From the NCBI GenBank assembly GCA_030949405.1, contig JAUZSN010000002.1, positions 1,720,553 to 1,784,552 on the forward strand: a stretch of DNA of 64,000 nt, read 5' to 3'. Each line of letters opens with the position of its first letter. Within the stretch, counting starts at the first letter, position 1. Below the pieces are notes generated by a model. It saw only the letters and a list, made by a program, of their open reading frames with translations, was not told the DNA's origin and ran no database searches. This DNA comes from Methylococcales bacterium (GTDB taxonomy: Bacteria > Pseudomonadota > Gammaproteobacteria > Methylococcales > Methylomonadaceae). The position numbers were made by a program, and so were the translations under genes. Below, piece after piece: positions 62,236 through 64,000 of the stretch.

Positions 62236-64000
62236 TTAATTTTTCTCGGTGATACTTAAACTTTTACTTTCAATCGCAAAGCAAAGTTTTTTGTTTTCGA
62301 TAAAAATACGAACATGACCGCCCTGTGCAAGTTTTCCGAATAATAAATCATTGGCGAGTGGCTTTTTAATTGTTTCTTGAATTAAACGAGCCATCGGTCT
62401 TGCTCCCATTTTGGGGTCGCACCCATTTTCTGCTAACCATAAACGTGCATCTGCAGTCAGTGCAAGGGTTACATGCTTTTCATCTAATAATGCTTCCAAT
62501 TCAAAAATAAATTTATCGACAACATTACCTACGATTAGTATATCCAGTGCCTTGAACTGGACAATCGCATCTAAACGATTACGAAATTCAGGTGAAAAAC
62601 TTTTTTCGATGGCTTTCAAATTGTCAGTGGCATGATTTTGTTGTGTAAAGCCAATTGATGCACGACTGCCTTCGGCTGCCCCTGCATTGGTCGTCATGAC
62701 GAGAATAATATTTCTAAAATCAGCTTTACGTCCATTATTATCGGTTAAGGTTCCATGATCCATAACTTGTAATAATAAATTAAAAACATCAGGATGGGCT
62801 TTTTCAATTTCATCCAGTAGTAAGACGGCATGAGGATTTTTGGTGACTTTCTCGGTTAATAACCCTCCTTGATCAAACCCGACATACCCTGGGGGCGCGC
62901 CGATTAAACGGGAAACGGTATGGCTTTCCATATATTCAGACATATCAAAGCGAATTAATTCAACCCCAAGTACTTTAGCCAGTTGTCGTGTAACTTCTGT
63001 TTTCCCTACGCCTGTGGGGCCTGCAAATAAAAATGAGCCAATGGTTTTGGATTTATCACGCAACCCCGCACGTGATAGTTTAATTGCCGAGGCTAATGAG
63101 TTAATCGCTTCATCTTGACCAAAGACTAGCATTTTTAGATTTTTTTCTAAATTCTCTAGGGTCTTTTTATCTTTTGTTGAAACAGATTTTTCAGGGATGC
63201 GGGCAATTTTTGCAATAATCTCTTCAATTTCGGCGGAATTAATGGTTTCTTTACGTTGAGATTTATCGGTAATGCGTTGCTTTGCACCCGCTTCATCAAT
63301 CACATCGATGGCTTTGTCAGGTAAAAAACGATCTGTAATAAAGCGTTCTGATAATTCAGCCGCCGACTGTAAGGCTTCATCACTGTATTTTATTTGATGA
63401 TGGGCTTCAAAACGAAATTTTAATCCTTGTAAAATTTGAAAAGTTTCTTCTACAGACGGTTCAATAATATCAATTTTTTGGAAACGGCGTGCCAGTGCAT
63501 GATCTTTTTCAAAAATACTACGGTATTCCTGATAAGTCGTGGAGCCTATACAGCGTAGCTGGCCTGAAGCAAGCATCGGTTTAATTAAGTTAGAGGCATC
63601 CATAACCCCGCCAGAGGCAGAACCTGCGCCAATAATAGTATGGATTTCATCAATAAACAAAATAGATTCAGGCTGTTTTTTGAGTTGATTCATTAAGGCT
63701 TTTAAGCGTTTTTCAAAATCCCCTCGGTATTTTGTTCCAGCAACTAATGCGCCTAAATCTAACGAATAAATAATATTATCGTTTAAAATTTGAGGAACTT
63801 CACCCTCTACAATTCGTTTGGCTAAGCCTTCGGCAATAGCCGTTTTACCGACACCTGCTTCACCGACTAAAAGCGGATTATTTTTACGGCGGCGGCAGAG
63901 GGTTTGAATGGTTCGTTCAATTTCAAGTTCTCGCCCAATTAAAGGGTCGATTCTATCTTTCTTGGCCTCTTCATTCAGATTAAGGGTGTATTTTTCTAAG
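62236..64000 (-). CDS. clpA: ATP-dependent Clp protease ATP-binding subunit ClpA. The N-terminus lies beyond the window end.
   Basis: Both AAA+ modules are recognisable: the upstream continuation reads [13 protein letters not shown] in frame, and the D2 module reads [15 protein letters not shown]. The gene is adjacent to infA as in E. coli. Confidence 0.88.
   Translation of the reverse strand, partial: LEKYTLNLNEEAKKDRIDPLIGRELEIERTIQTLCRRRKNNPLLVGEAGVGKTAIAEGLAKRIVEGEVPQILNDNIIYSLDLGALVAGTKYRGDFEKRLKALMNQLKKQPESILFIDEIHTIIGAGSASGGVMDASNLIKPMLASGQLRCIGSTTYQEYRSIFEKDHALARRFQKIDIIEPSVEETFQILQGLKFRFEAHHQIKYSDEALQSAAELSERFITDRFLPDKAIDVIDEAGAKQRITDKSQRKETINSAEIEEIIAKIARIPEKSVSTKDKKTLENLEKNLKMLVFGQDEAINSLASAIKLSRAGLRDKSKTIGSFLFAGPTGVGKTEVTRQLAKVLGVELIRFDMSEYMESHTVSRLIGAPPGYVGFDQGGLLTEKVTKNPHAVLLLDEIEKAHPDVFNLLLQVMDHGTLTDNNGRKADFRNIILVMTTNAGAAEGSRASIGFTQQNHATDNLKAIEKSFSPEFRNRLDAIVQFKALDILIVGNVVDKFIFELEALLDEKHVTLALTADARLWLAENGCDPKMGARPMARLIQETIKKPLANDLLFGKLAQGGHVRIFIENKKLCFAIESKSLSITEKN

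Noticed and set aside
1-64000. CRISPR arrays, tRNA or rRNA genes
   Set aside because: I found no regularly spaced direct repeats with unique spacers and no tRNA-like T-arm or acceptor signature. The only tandem repeats are the coding 27-mers at 3711-3818.

Overview
This is a 64 kb chromosomal segment from an AT-rich gammaproteobacterium. The gene order is typical of that group: dusB-fis, a dcw cell-division cluster running rsmH through ftsZ to lpxC, and infA next to clpA.

Positions 1-8.9 kb (minus strand) hold an ABC-transporter-dependent polysaccharide cluster arranged like the E. coli O8/O9a polymannan locus: manC, wzm, wzt, two SAM-methyltransferases (one fused to a repeat-bearing coiled coil, WbdD-like), and two GT4 glycosyltransferases.

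Positions 8.9-18.1 kb are a GC-poor accessory region. It holds a two-gene cassette of unknown function, two copies of a 1118-bp IS5-family (DDE_Tnp_4) element, a GT2 / frameshifted DedA / B12-radical-SAM unit, a possible nuclease-fold protein, and a gene split by one of the IS copies.

The rest is housekeeping: purH, fis, dusB, a triple-REC response regulator, pmbA, tldD, cpdA, hemW, pyrE, a dynamin-like GTPase with a flotillin (SPFH) gene, a third IS copy, rdgB, rph, zapE, a DUF58 protein, dbpA, prlC and a cupin gene.

The most notable non-coding signals are:
- a roughly 150-bp structured repeat present twice;
- a 221-bp element bounded by perfect 22-bp inverted repeats;
- a 535-bp non-coding spacer inside the dcw cluster.

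No tRNA, rRNA or CRISPR array was seen. Several frameshifts sit in homopolymer runs, so sequencing error cannot be excluded.
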